DNA of 63,904 nt, filler included. It is 11 parts of 11 records of this genome, joined end to end, with 100 filler letters (N's around TTAATTAATTAA, not from the genome) between each part and the next. Parts side by side here need not be neighbours in the genome. Positions count along the whole stretch, not along the records: positions 36,490 to 39,432 come from SRR9670534_909; positions 39,533 to 42,512 come from SRR9670534_912; positions 42,613 to 45,631 come from SRR9670534_914; positions 45,732 to 49,586 come from SRR9670534_916; 7 more parts are not named here. The stretch is one strand, 5' to 3'. Shown here one piece after another: positions 36,662-49,686 of the stretch; position 1 is the stretch's first letter; each line of letters starts with the position of its first letter. Under the pieces are notes generated by a model. The model worked only from the letters and a program-made list of their open reading frames with translations. It did not search any database and had not been told where the DNA came from. A program made the position numbers and the translations under genes.

Positions 36662-37588
36662 ATGTAATCATGATAAAAGATAAAATGTTTAACATAATAG
36701 ATAGATAAATCTCTATTTCAGGAAAAAATTGATAAATACATTTCTTCATAGGTATTCCCTATATTTCTCTTTCTAGTGTGTATACCTGATGTATGCAGGG
36801 TACTGGCTCTCTAGGGACTTTTTACAGCTTGGTTTCAGATACTGTATAAGCCTAGTTATGGCTGTAATTATAGGCTATATCTCCTATGTATTTTATACCT
36901 AGGTATGTAATTATACATTAGTATGGTATCCCACATGTACATTTTCAAAAACTTAGCAAAATATTCTAAGTTTTGTGTACTATCAACAGTAGTTATTCTA
37001 CCTATATGATATTTACATGCAGCTGCAGTTGAAAATTGACATTTGCAGTTTGACAGAAATCAATGTCTTTTTGAAAGTTACTTAGCTATGAGTATTTTTT
37101 TCTTATTTGTTTGTTTGTTTGTTTTTATTAATCCCAAATGTTGGGTATATAGTAAGATAATAATTAACAGCTCATGTAATATAAATATTAAGTAAACATA
37201 CAATAAGAAAGAAAAATTATCAAAAATTAGTATACACACCTTAGAATACTAAACACAAATAATAATAAATCATATATTATATAGCTACACATTTGTACAC
37301 TCATCTTACGTATACAACCAGTAAGTAAGCTAATTAATTATTAACAAGTACAGTAATTATTGTTGAAAAATTTCTATCTTATCCTAAGAGCTGTTCTATA
37401 GCAAAAATAGAGAGTTATGAAAATAATGGCACAATGCTGCAGCATGACAAAATTGATCACAGAACTTGTGACAAGATTAAAGACTAATAATGACAAAAAA
37501 AGCCAAATGCTACAGCACACAAAAATTTTATTTGAAAAACTTACCATAAAGATTACCAAATACTACAAATTAATATTTTATGCTGATA

Positions 37589-38368
37589 TCAAGGTCCATT
37601 AAGTCTATCACATTTCATCAAAAATGCTAACTCAGAAGAATAATTCAAATTAGCATTCACCTGAGATAAATGAAACTTAAATAATTCTTGTCTAGAGTTC
37701 TGAATACACGTAGTCTCCATAGTAGAATTACAAACAGATGGTGGCACTAAACCATACCTACAGCCATACCTAGTAGCTAAAGACCTTTTTGGAACAATCT
37801 TCCAGTGCCGATGATCTATACGAAATTTATCTTTGCCAAGATGCATTTGCTCCTTGCAAAGCTCAGCTCTCCTACACTGTTGTCTAGGTATAAAGTCTCT
37901 ATTTACAGAAATGTGAAATTTCTGCCAAATAACCTTTGCTTTTGTTAAAACTTTAAGTCGATCTGTGGTATTTAACATTGTAATTCTAAGTGGTTTTATC
38001 TTACCACTTTCCCATTTACCCAACCTTCTATAATCCACTACCTTAAAATAATCAACTCCAACTGCAGATAAAATATTACTAATAACATTAGAATTATAAA
38101 CGAAACATTTACAAGACTTTAAACTTTCCTTTACATGATAGAAAATCAAATTGTTCCTTCGTTGCCATTAATCAAATCTTTCATGAATATCATTATTCCT
38201 TCTTCTAAAATCTGCCTCAATCTTAACAATTTTATTCATAAGGCCAACTTTTAAATGTGTGATCGATTTTTCCTTAAAGACAGCTAACTCCGCCCTCATA
38301 TGACGAAAATCATTTGATATTCGATTTTCAGAAACCTTGATAGCTTCCAACAACTCACATGTTAACAT
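37589..38368 (-). mobile_element. Decayed non-LTR retrotransposon (LINE) ORF1, coiled coil plus RRM-like domain, pseudogenised
   Basis: Two same-frame ORFs separated by one TAA (38168-38170). Motifs QRRNNLIFYHVKE, YRRLGKW..KIKPLRITM and ISVNRDF are typical of L1/L2/CR1 ORF1. No ORF2 is seen downstream. Confidence 0.75.
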
Positions 38369-38797
38369 ATTTGATGACGTATTATCTTGTACTGCAGGCA
38401 GGTAATCAACACAATAGACTGAAAGATGACGTCAGCACAATTTTGACAAAAGGTTGCTAGTGACAGCAAAATAAAACCAAGATAGCAGCACTGAAAAATC
38501 AGTACTTGAAATTAAACTTCAGAAAAGCTTAAATTTCAATAGAAAGACCAATGTACCCCAAGTCTACAGTTAAATGAAAAAATAGTTTAGGATACTATGA
38601 TCAGTTTGATATATAATTTATCTAACGAGAGCATGCCAATATTGATTTAAAAATGCCAAACTTCATAACCTCTCTCTCCTCTTTTAAATTTTGAAGTACA
38701 AAGATATAATAATATGATACATGTAAACATATATGATAAAGACATCTAAATTAGCTTCATTTTTATTATTGTTAATATGGTAGTATAGTCTATAGTT

Positions 38798-38863
38798 TAT
38801 ATTATATAGAATAGATAGAAATCAAGATTAAGTGTATATTATATAGAATAGATAGAAATCAAG
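38798..38863. repeat. Direct repeat, 2 x 29 bp (period 37)
   Basis: TATATTATATAGAATAGATAGAAATCAAG at 38798 and 38835. Confidence 0.8.
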
Positions 38864-39432
38864 TGGTTGTTATTGTTGTTGTCTTTATTGTTTACCTATG
38901 CCTAAAAAAAGGCTTTCAGGTTATATATAATAATATATATGTGTAACAGTATGATTTCAATATTATTAACTATATTCTTACTAAATAAAAGAATAATAAT
39001 ATAATTTAATTTTTAAATAATTACATTAGTGTTTTAATCTCTAGATGACAACCATTTGCTACTAATGTAAAAACAATGTATAATAATTTGGTAATAACAA
39101 TATAATAAAAAGTATTGTAAAGAGTGATGATAAAAACAAGTTAGAACAAATTTATTATGTCTAAATAAGGTTATTGTAAAAAGCTCCAACTCAATAGTTC
39201 TTATTTAATCTTTTGGTATGTAGCCCTTTGGTGGTTCTAGAATAAACTTCCATTTGATTTGATTTGAAAGTAATCTTATTTTGCACTATAGTTTAGTACT
39301 ATAGTGTATAACTTTGCAATATGTATTATTGACTAATTAAATTGATTAACTATTAATTTTAGTAAATTTTACTAATTTTTATTAGTAAATTAGTAGAAAA
39401 ATCTATTTTTTAAACCTTAGAAATAAATAATG

Positions 39433-39532
39433 NNNNNNNNNNNNNNNNNNNNNNNNNNNNNNNNNNNNNNNNNNNNTTAATTAATTAANNNNNNNNNNNN
39501 NNNNNNNNNNNNNNNNNNNNNNNNNNNNNNNN
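39433..39532. other. Artificial contig spacer
   Basis: 44N-TTAATTAATTAA-44N. Confidence 0.98.
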
Positions 39533-40044
39533 GCAATCATTGATGATGACTTCTTATATTGATGGAAATATGCTAAGGAACTTCCTTATTAACTGCATAT
39601 GCTTACAATAAATTGCATATGCTAACAATAAATTGCATATATTTACAATATATATTGTAATCAGAATGCGAGGCTATCATTATGAATTTCGAATTACATT
39701 TATAATGATTTATCTATGCACAATTACAAAAAAAAGCAGATTATTATTAATAAAGCTAAGGAAGCTGTCAATGTTATTATTACTAATAATATTCTAATAA
39801 TAATGCTCATGGAATAGAGAAAAATCTCATAACGAAATCTCAACAAGGATGCATAACATAAATAAAATTGCATTAGAAGGAATTAGCCATTACTAGTTGG
39901 CATAATAATATTGTAATGACCAAACCAAAAATATCTGTATATTATAATGATAGCTGGCGCGTTATTACTATTATTAATTATAATATTATTATAGTAATTA
40001 TAATATATTATTATTATTAATAATGATAATCCTAGAAAAACTGA

Positions 40045-42021
40045 TTATAAAATATTAACTTTTCTTCCAAATTTTTCTACTTTCTTAGTGTGATCATGTG
40101 ACATCTTTTTTCCAAATGCTCTTTCTTCCTTGATAATGTGATGATACTTAACATTACCATACGAATCAATAGGGTATCTTCTAACTGCTTTAATGGCTTC
40201 CCTAATAACAAATTTGCCACTCAACACATTAGATGGAACTTTTGTTTCCTGAGCAGGCTGCTGACCTCCTACAAACACCTGGATAATACCAGTTTCTACA
40301 GCAAATCCATCTTCATCCGTCCATATAGCCATTTGCTCAGAAGTAATGTTACATTTAAAATCATAAAATTCACCCCGTTGGATCACAAAAGCTCGCTCGA
40401 AGCACACTAGTTGTATATTCGGCATTTTCTCGCTATTATTGAGCCATCTAATGTATACCTGTACAACTTCATCACCAACAACGGTTCCAGTATTTTCCAC
40501 AGTAGCAGTTACAGTAATGTTTTGTCCAGGAAGAATAGAAGGAGGTGATATGACCAAATCCTTATAGGAAAATGTGGTATAACTCAATCCATAGCCAAAT
40601 GGAAACAATGGTGAGCCAGTGAAGTATCTGTATGTTATCTCATTCATGCTGTAATCAACCATTGGCTTAACTTGTTCTAATCCTCTATACCAGGTAAATG
40701 GAAGCCTGCCAGCGGGGTTTGCGTTTGCATCAGCAAAAGTTAATATTTTGAAAATAGCATTACCAGCAGCCTGAGATGGATAGAACACATCTAAAATGGC
40801 ACCAATGCGCTTGGCCTCAACAGCCCAGGTTATATCAATTGGTCCGGCATGAAACAGAAGCAGAATTATAGCTGCATGACTAGGTGCTAAAAATAGATTG
40901 GAATTTTATGCACATTTTATATGAAATAAGACATCTTTCTGTGAAAAAAAGCGTTGGTAGACTATAAATTGTACGTGAAATACCCATAGCCTTTAATAAT
41001 AATACTGAATGTAGTATGGAATATAATAGTAATGTTATAATACTACTGTCATTTTAATAATAATTTTAAAAGCACCGTAGTTTATAACATCTTCAAGTAT
41101 TTTCAATTGAAATCCAGGCAAATCCATATCTGTTCTATCTCTGCCTTCAGATTCAATATCAACACCAAGTCCCAAAGATACAACAACCAAGTCAGAGTCA
41201 ACTACTGCAGAAAGTAGCTCCAAAATGTTATATGATGTGCATCTAGGTCCATTCAAACATGTAGAAGCAAGACTTATTTTACCACCACTTCTCACCAAAC
41301 CTTGAAGACCATTAAAAACAGTGGACGTATACAAAGGATGGGGAGGTGAAGAATAGCTTGCAAACATCAAATCTGTTACATTGCTAAAAGGACCAACACA
41401 AGCAACATTTTGGTAACTTTTCGCTTTAATTGGCAAGGTTTCATCTGAGTTCTTTAGCAGAACAAAAGTCTTCATTGCAGATAACTCAGCAATTTGGCGA
41501 TGATATGTGCTCTGGATGACGCTTCGATCTAGCTTTTTGTATGGATTAATTTCTGGAGGATCAAATTCACCATGACGAAAACGGTGGTTGAAATAAGTTT
41601 TTGCTCTTTGTCTTATCAAATCTTCGGAAACTTTTCCTTAAAATTAGTGTTATTTATTAATAATATCATTTGGGTAATAATTAGAAAGAAACCTTGATCA
41701 AACGCATTCGAGAGGTTAAAAAAGGGTGGGGAAGGATCATCATAATTTCCACAATTAACCGTTGTTCCAGAAATAAAGGATTTTGCCGCGGCTTCCACTT
41801 TGTCCCGAGCATATCTAAATGAACATTATTAATAATATTTATTATCCATATTATTTTATAACCAAAAAATATTACATAAATGTTTCAAAACTTACTTTTG
41901 CGGTGAAATAAGATTTTTGATTGCCCCACAATCACTTGTAATGAATCCATTCCAGCCCCATTCCTTTCTTACAATCCCTTCCAACAAGTACTCATTAGCA
42001 CATGCAGGTACACCATTTATA
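40045..42021 (-). CDS. Glycoside hydrolase family 3 (beta-D-xylosidase/beta-glucosidase-like), 5' end missing
   Basis: Exons 42021-41896, 41814-41693, 41636-41076, 40886-40045. Motifs INGVPACAN, GFITSDCGA (nucleophile Asp), VLLKN, IESEGRDR, NPAGRLPFTWY, LFPFGYGLSYTTF and Fn3-like GDEVVQVY. Confidence 0.93.
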
Positions 42022-42480
42022 CTATAGAATTATCCTCGTACATGTTATTATATTTCTTGAAATAAATTACTAATGCTGTAGGTTTATTGACCTTGCCTCG
42101 TACTAGTATGTTTACCATTCTATTATCATACTTCACAATACACAAAACGCAACAGAATTGCACACTTTTATAACCTTTGAGTCACTCCTGCTTGACTTCT
42201 TATCTTATACCTTATTATTGACAAACTATAAGATAAGAAATCAAAAAGAAGTTACTTTAATCAAAAATCCTATCATAGCATAAGCTATAGTTATTAATAA
42301 TAAATCATGCATATGTGTACTGCATAGGTATGTGACTAGTTTAGATGGAGAAGTTAATAATAATATGCTACATAATAAAATTTACTATACATGTGTAGTG
42401 TATGTACTATTTTACGTTGCCTAACTTATAGGTATGCTGTAAGACAGTGTTAGTAACATCTGTATGAACACGTTTGTATG

Positions 42481-42512
42481 GCGTAAGATGGGGTAAAATG
42501 GGTCACTTCCTT
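42481..42512. mobile_element. Probable DNA-transposon terminal inverted repeat fragment at contig end
   Basis: GCGTAAGATGGGGTAAAATGGGTCA matches 19/25 to the reverse complement of sequence within 59637-59663. Pogo/MITE-like terminus. Confidence 0.4.
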
Positions 42513-42612
42513 NNNNNNNNNNNNNNNNNNNNNNNNNNNNNNNNNNNNNNNNNNNNTTAATTAATTAANNNNNNNNNNNNNNNNNNNNNNNNNNNNNNNN
42601 NNNNNNNNNNNN
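42513..42612. other. Artificial contig spacer
   Basis: 44N-TTAATTAATTAA-44N. Confidence 0.98.
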
Positions 42613-42613
42613 A

Positions 42614-43354
42614 AGTGGTATTTTTGCATTTGTTTCTTCACAAATGTCACTATTTACAGTATTTTACATCACAATGGATAGATTACTATCAATTAAATAT
42701 GGTTTAAATCAAAATTTTTTCATACAGAGAAAAAAAGCTATTCTAATTATTTTACTCTCTGCATGGCTTTTTGCTATAACTATTGCTGTTATACCAATTA
42801 TCCCATATGCTAATGAGTATATTGGAAGTTATTACTATGGTCAATCCTATATGTGTTTACCTCTTCAGATCACAGATATTGTTCCACAGTATGGCAAAAT
42901 GTTCTCTTTAATAATTTTAGTTGGTGTTGATAGCTTTTTATCATTTGGAATAATAATTTGTTATATCATTTTAATTCAAGCTGTTAGTAAAACATCAGGA
43001 GCTGTTAGAAAAATTGATTCACAAAATAATGCTAAGAGAACAGAATTAAAGGTTTTAAAAAATGTCATTTTAATAATTCTTACAGACTTCTTCTGTTGGT
43101 GTCCTATGATATTATTTAGCTTTTTAAGCTATATGAAAATTGATGTACCACAGTCAATTGCTGGATGGGTAGGAGGACTTTTGTTACCTCTTAATTCAGC
43201 TGTAAATCCAATTTGTTATGCATATTCATTGAGGAAGCAAGAGATAAAAAAGAAAAAGAAACTGAAAGAAAGTGAAATTTCACTAACAACCAAGAAAGCA
43301 AATGTTAGCAGAATTTCTACTGAGCAAAAAACTGCTATTTCAGAAAATCTTTAA
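42614..43354 (+). CDS. LRR-containing GPCR (LGR; GRL101/relaxin-receptor-like), TM3-TM7 and tail, 5'-truncated
   Basis: SSQMSLFTVFYITMDR, YYGQSYMCLPLQI, IILTDFFCWCP and LPLNSAVNPICY are LGR-class motifs. The frame is open from the contig edge. Confidence 0.88.
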   Translation, partial: SGIFAFVSSQMSLFTVFYITMDRLLSIKYGLNQNFFIQRKKAILIILLSAWLFAITIAVIPIIPYANEYIGSYYYGQSYMCLPLQITDIVPQYGKMFSLIILVGVDSFLSFGIIICYIILIQAVSKTSGAVRKIDSQNNAKRTELKVLKNVILIILTDFFCWCPMILFSFLSYMKIDVPQSIAGWVGGLLLPLNSAVNPICYAYSLRKQEIKKKKKLKESEISLTTKKANVSRISTEQKTAISENL

Positions 43355-43899
43355 TTTTCAAGCTCAGAATAGTCTACAATAATGTAGAGGGCTTTCTTAT
43401 GTTTTTTGAAGGATATGTAATACTAAGTAGATATATACTAAGCAGTACTTGGTATTACTTATTATTATAGTAATAAATGTTTTTTTATATGTGTTATTGA
43501 GTCATGTTTTTTAGAAATATGTACCAACTCAGTAATATTGCTTTGTTTTTTTTTCAGTTACAAAAACTTTTCAAACAATTGTTTTTTAGCAGTTTTTTGT
43601 GCATTTGTTGTCACTGTAGTTGTTTGTCTTAGTATTAGAATTATTATTATTATTAAATGTTGATTATGTGAAAGTATGGTCTTATTGATATTATTCTTGT
43701 TTCAAAAATAAACGTGAAATTTGAGGAAGTTTTACTTAGTTATTCTCATTAAAATAATGCAAAACAGACTAAACTTTAGACATACATACATGTTGCATTT
43801 TTACTTTTTGTTATGAATTATAGCATCATAATAATAAAAGTTTTGCTAGATCTTATTAATTGCATAATGCAAATTGCATTAGCATGCTATTGTTTGAAC

Positions 43900-44079
43900 C
43901 ATAGACCTTTAATCCCCAGTTGCGTTTTAAACGCCTGTATGTCCTTGAGTTTCTATACAATGCATTGGTGGTCTAATTTTTTCACCAACAAAGACGTCTC
44001 TGGCGCCACTGACGTCTTGTAACATCGGCTTGCATTGTTTTTTATCTAGATTATTAGTCTAGGGGATTGAAGGTCTATG
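43900..44079. mobile_element. 180-bp MITE with CATAGA termini and 8-bp TSD (P-element- or hAT-type)
   Basis: TIRs CATAGACCTTTAATCCCC / GGGGATTGAAGGTCTATG (17/18). Identical flanks GTTTGAAC at 43892-43899 and 44080-44087. Confidence 0.88.
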
Positions 44080-45631
44080 GTTTGAACAGATTTATTAATA
44101 ATAATAATAGTATTATATATCTTTTGTCAGATGAATTGTCTCAGACAATGTCTGTATATTTTGTGGGCATTAGCTGTAATCACATACATATCATATCGAT
44201 ATGATCATATGATATGTATGTAGCATATTATTTATCAAACACATATTATAAATAATTATTTGACAAATAGTGAAACGTGTATGCCTTTTATTCAACTAAG
44301 TTAGTTTTCTTTCTGCATAAACAATAATTTGGCAAAATGATCCATGTAATTGGCATCACAATAGGGAAAGAAGACCTCCCCCTTTAGGCCTGATATGGCT
44401 GTCTTGGTTTACTTGGCATGGCTTTCTCAATTTTGGGAATAACTTTTGCACTACCTGGATTAATTTTGCTTATAATTGCTGTGTCTATTATTAAAGATTC
44501 TGTAATACAGAATGGACTGACAGGTATGGTGTTGTGCAAAGCGGGATTTTTCCAATGCTTTATATTGGATGTACAATGCTATTCTAAAATCAAATAGCTT
44601 TCTTTCCTATTGAAAATATATTGCACTGAAAAATTCAGGTGTTTGAACATCTAGTGCAATTTCTATTGTCTACATAAAATAAAATTTTTGAAACTACATT
44701 TCAACATAAAAATGGTATGGACATTCTACTGACCTACTAATTTTGTTGAGAATACAATAAATAATTAAATTCAGTAATTAAACATTACAATGTCAAGTTT
44801 TTAAAGCTAAAACTAAAAAAAATTAAATTACTAAATTATAGTATATTATAATTATTAATAAGCTATTTATTATTAGAATTATAAAATTACTAAGCAGGTT
44901 TAATTAAATTATTAAATAAGTTTATTAAATTATTATCAAATCTTAACATAAAAATCAAATGTATTACAAATATTAAGTTAGAATACCACTGAGCAAACAA
45001 GGCCTCCACTAAATCCAGATGCTATTATTGCAGGCATTAGACACTTTTGCAAAAAGATGTCAGTTGTATTGATATCTTTCAGAATACTAGTTGTTGAATT
45101 TAATAATGATTTTAGTAATGATAAAAATTAGAAATTAAAGTTTTAAATGATTAACGTAATTAATGATTCCAACTTGAGCATTAGTCCATGTACTGACCAT
45201 TAGTCATTAATATCTTTTAACTTAAAAGTTTTAAGTCGTCATTAAATCTTTTAACTTAATGATTAAATTTATTAAGAGTTAGCACTGTTACTATAAAAAA
45301 TAAATCATAGTTTCCAATACTGTTAGATTTTACTTTGTGCAAATATGCATAATATGTATACTATTTGACTTATCTTCTATCTTTTGCTATAAAAAATGGT
45401 ATTTAATTGACCAATGGTCATTGGTCATTTAAAGATAATGTTTATCTTTATTAATAATATCTTAAATTCTTATCATGCGAATATTTTGCAATTAAGTTAA
45501 TTGTTCAAACTATTTAATAGTAGTATAAGTTTAAGCCTCTCTAGGTGTGGGGTGTGGAGACTTGGGTACTGATTAAATTATGGTTATACCTCTTTTAATT
45601 ACTAATTAATAATTAGTAAGGGTTTTACCCC

Positions 45632-45731
45632 NNNNNNNNNNNNNNNNNNNNNNNNNNNNNNNNNNNNNNNNNNNNTTAATTAATTAANNNNNNNNNNNNN
45701 NNNNNNNNNNNNNNNNNNNNNNNNNNNNNNN
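45632..45731. other. Artificial contig spacer
   Basis: 44N-TTAATTAATTAA-44N. Confidence 0.98.
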
Positions 45732-45949
45732 GACTAAGGCCCAGCCAGACTATATCAAAAATGAATGACAATAAGATGTAGTTCTGGTGTCCATTTTGCT
45801 ATACTTTCAATACCTACCTAGGTACATATCTATACCTACTATATAGTAGGTATGTATTTTGTCACAAAATTCTGTATTAGATGTCACCATTTGTTACTCA
45901 GGTATACAGTAAAAAAGCGCATACCTACATACATAGGTACCTAAAAATT

Positions 45950-46330
45950 TTACATTATACAGTAAAGTGTTTTATTATACAGTAAGTTGATTTACAAATG
46001 TACAGTAAGGCGATTTACAAATGTACAGCAAGGCGATTTATACATTACTAATGATTAGGTATACAGTAGGATGGCTTATACACACATTGTACAGTAACGA
46101 GATACACTTTGTACAATAACGCGCTTTATACATTATACAGTAAGGATATTTATGCACTATACAGCAAAAATGATTTATACATACATTTTACAGTAAGCTA
46201 CCTAGGTATACATTGTAATGCAAAGAAACGAATTATACATTGTAAAATTTAGCAGTAACAAATACAGTTATACAGTAATAAGATTATTTTATGTACCTAT
46301 ATATGTACATATGTATTTACTTACAGTAAT
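45950..46330. repeat. Degenerate ~23-bp minisatellite (TACAGTAAGGCGATTTACAAATG-like)
   Basis: Recurring TACAGTAA-cored units, near-perfect around 45977-46045. Confidence 0.7.
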
Positions 46331-46543
46331 GAAAAATAACAGACACAATAATAACTTAGACATAATACTTATGTTATTGCTACCATACAATAATTTATAC
46401 AGTTAATCTACAGTTTAGATAGGTATGTATTTATACATAAGTTAGTATTATTTTGTATAAAATGGAATGCTTTATATATACATATATACACTATATTTTA
46501 ACAAGGTAACTTTATGCAGTATGTATTTGACATAAAACCTCTT

Positions 46544-47035
46544 AGTATTTATAGAGTATTTAATACAATATTCTATTCACTATTATAAAAGCTATCTATT
46601 TAAGCAAAACTAAAACATTATAGGTATATTTTGATTTTTCAATAAAATGCTTATTAATACTATAAAAACTGATTAAAAAATACTCATAAATATAATATTA
46701 AATTTAGTTAGTTTGTAAAATTACTAATTAACAATAACAAATTGTTATTAATATATAGTATTTCAAATTAAATATTCTAACTATAAAACTGCTAAGTATT
46801 TATAGAGTATTTTATACAGCATTCTATACAGTATTTCTAATAGCTAACTATTTAAACAAAGGTTTAACATTATAGATATATTTTAATTTTTAATAAAATA
46901 ATTACTAACATTATAAAAACTAATTAAAATAGTTAACTAGTTTATAATACTAATATATGCTATATTAAATTTACTTAGTCTATAAAATTATTAACTAAAA
47001 ATAGCATATTATTATTAATATTTAATATCTTTATT
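46544..47035. repeat. Diverged tandem duplication, period ~251 bp
   Basis: AGTATTTATAGAGTATTT starts at 46544 and 46795, followed by collinear matches (ATTCTAT, CTATTTAA, AACATTATAG, AATAAAAT, TATAAAAACT). Confidence 0.7.
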
Positions 47036-47053
47036 AAGGTATCTAATTATCAG

Positions 47054-49586
47054 GAGAAATCTATGATGAGTGATGAGAAGAAGAAAAAGAAGAAGGAGAG
47101 TATGGAGATTGAGAATGAGGAGAGTAAATTGATGAAGAAGAAAAAGAGTAAAGAGATAGAGAAGAAGGAGAGTAAAGGAATGATGAATGATGCTAAAAAG
47201 CTGTATGAGGAAAAAAGGGGAAAAGAAGATGATAGGGTATTAAAGATCTCAACTTTTGTAAAGAAAGTACCTAAAGAAGATCTTAAGAAGAAATTGTATG
47301 CTAATATTGATAAATTGTATCAATCAGCCTTATTTGGCGATGAAGATGATGATGATGATAAATACTATGAAATTATTGAAAGAAAAGAACCTAAAGATAT
47401 GGAACCTATTGATTTGAAGAAACGTGGAAAGTTAATTTATCATGGTAATGGTAGTCACTTTCGAAAACCAGGATTACTACCAGGGGTTCAAATGGCAGTT
47501 CTACCTGCAAAGAAGAAGAAAAAAAGCTTTAAGAAAAGAGAGGAGATTGTTGATCAAGTTGATGAAGCTTCTAAACCTAAACATCAATATCATCAATTGG
47601 AATTTCCAGAAGCAAAAGTTGATGATTTGAAAGAGATTGAAGAGGCAGATGCAAAGGAAGAGGAGAAAAGAAAAGAAAGAAAAAGAGAAAAGAGAAGGCT
47701 GAGAAATGAAAGGAGATTGAGAGAACAAATAGAGGAAAAAGAAAGAATAAAAATGGATAAAGAAGAAAAAATGGAAGATCATGTTGAAATGGCTAATATT
47801 ATAAGTCAACAAGTTGAAGAACCAGTTGAACAAATTGGAGAAGGCAAGTTAAAGAAAAAGAAGGAGATTGAAAAAGAAGTTGAAGAAGAAGAGAAGCAAG
47901 CAGAAGAATATGTACAAAGTGAAGAAGATAAGGATGCAGATAAAGCTGAAAAGATGCTTAGAAGAAAGAATTTCAAAGAAGAGCAAAAGAAGAAGAAAAA
48001 GGAAAAAAGAGAGAAGAAAAGAAATATAAAGAATAAGAAGGCAGAATTGAATAAGATGCGAAATGAGGTGGAGAAGAGAGATAGGAAAGTCAAAATGATA
48101 CTAGCAGTGGTTGATAGAACAAACAACATATATGAGGTGAAAGAGATTGCAGAAAAAGCTGAGGAACCACAGATGATTGAGAAGGGGAAAGAAAATATAG
48201 AAAAAGCTAAAGAACAGCAAATGATTGAGGAGGTGATAGAGAAGACTGTAAAAGATCACATAATGGATAAGACCAAGGAGGAGCAAATGATAGAGAAAAC
48301 CAAAGAAGAAGAGCAGATAGTTATAAAAGTAATGGAGAATGATAAACAAAAGCAAATCATTGAGCAGGCAGCTATAAAAGTTGGTGTTGAAAATGATAAG
48401 GTTAAACAGAAGGAAGAGTTATGGCCTAGTAAACAAAATGGTGAAAATGATAGAGATATGAGTAAAGAATCTGAAGAGCAAGTTCTGAGAAGAAGTTCAA
48501 GAATAAAAAGTAAACCAACTTTCTTTCAGGCTAGCATTTCAAAACCTAGTTTACCAAGAAAGAAAATTTCTCCAGAAGCCGAATTAATGCTAGAATTTAA
48601 TGAAAAGTATATTCCATCATGGCTGTATAAAGTTAATAGATCTGAAGATGATGAGAGTTCTAAGATTTGGAGAGTAGTCGAATCAATACCAGAGGATTTA
48701 GGCATGGAAGATAATATAATTATTAATGAAGAAAGTTTACCATCATTATCTTCTAAGGAGCTTAAATTTATAGAAGCTATAAATACTGAAGCTCAAAAAA
48801 CAGAAATTTCAGATGAAACTTTAGCTAATATGATAAATGAAATGTCTATTAGCTTAGATTCAATTGATTGCAATTCTGTGGCTGAAGGTATCTTAGTTTA
48901 AATATTGATTATATTTATATTCACTGATTAATGTAGATAATATCTTAAATGATGTGAATGAATTGTTGCAAAATATTGAGCCGAATGTATTTTTTGCTTC
49001 TACCAATAATGAAAGTACTGATGATTGTTTGAAAGAGGAAGCTGTTATGGATACAATGAATGATTTGTTGAAGAAGGTTGAAGAACGTGATCTTGCTGGT
49101 GATAATGTAAAATCAGAATATCCAATAGCTTCAACACCGAAATATCAATCAGATTTTCATAATAGCTCTTTTGATAATCAAAGTCCTATCAAATTTACAG
49201 GTTAATCAACAAGCTATAGTTTTTCAGATACTAATATTAAATTTAGAGCTTTTTGATGATAATGAGAAAGAGTCTATCAAGGCTAACATTGAGAAGAAAG
49301 ATTTGTCACTAATAGACATTGGTGAAAATAGTAAAGATGAGAAAACTGTGGAAGTGATCAAAGAATCTCAAATGTTAACTTCAACTTCAACTACTGGTAA
49401 TGGTTATCTAAAGAAAAAAGGTCTTATTTAATATAGTTTATTTAGAAGCTAAAGTACCAAGCAGTCAAAATAAAACTCTTCGATTAGCTGAAGTAGTAGT
49501 AAGTGAGTCATCAACTTTTTCAACTCCAAAAAGCCAAAGATCTGAAAGTAAATATTCATTTTCTCCAATGTCAAACATAACAGAGA
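47054..49586 (+). CDS. Lys/Glu-rich low-complexity protein of unknown function, multi-exon, 3'-truncated
   Basis: Exons 47054(ATG 47063)-48887, 48937-49200, 49247-49396, 49446-49586 join in frame via phase-1 introns of 49, 46 and 49 nt. Internal KxKEQQMIEK-like repeats; no domain recognised. Confidence 0.7.
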
Positions 49587-49686
49587 NNNNNNNNNNNNNN
49601 NNNNNNNNNNNNNNNNNNNNNNNNNNNNNNTTAATTAATTAANNNNNNNNNNNNNNNNNNNNNNNNNNNNNNNNNNNNNNNNNNNN
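49587..49686. other. Artificial contig spacer
   Basis: 44N-TTAATTAATTAA-44N. Confidence 0.98.

Noticed and set aside
44337..45130. Hydrophobic short frames suggesting a membrane-protein gene
   Set aside because: The candidate exons could not be joined in frame and contain stops. At most pseudogene fragments.
47501..48355. Phe/Leu/Ser-rich minus-strand ORFs
   Set aside because: Reverse-complement artefacts of the K/E-rich plus-strand CDS.
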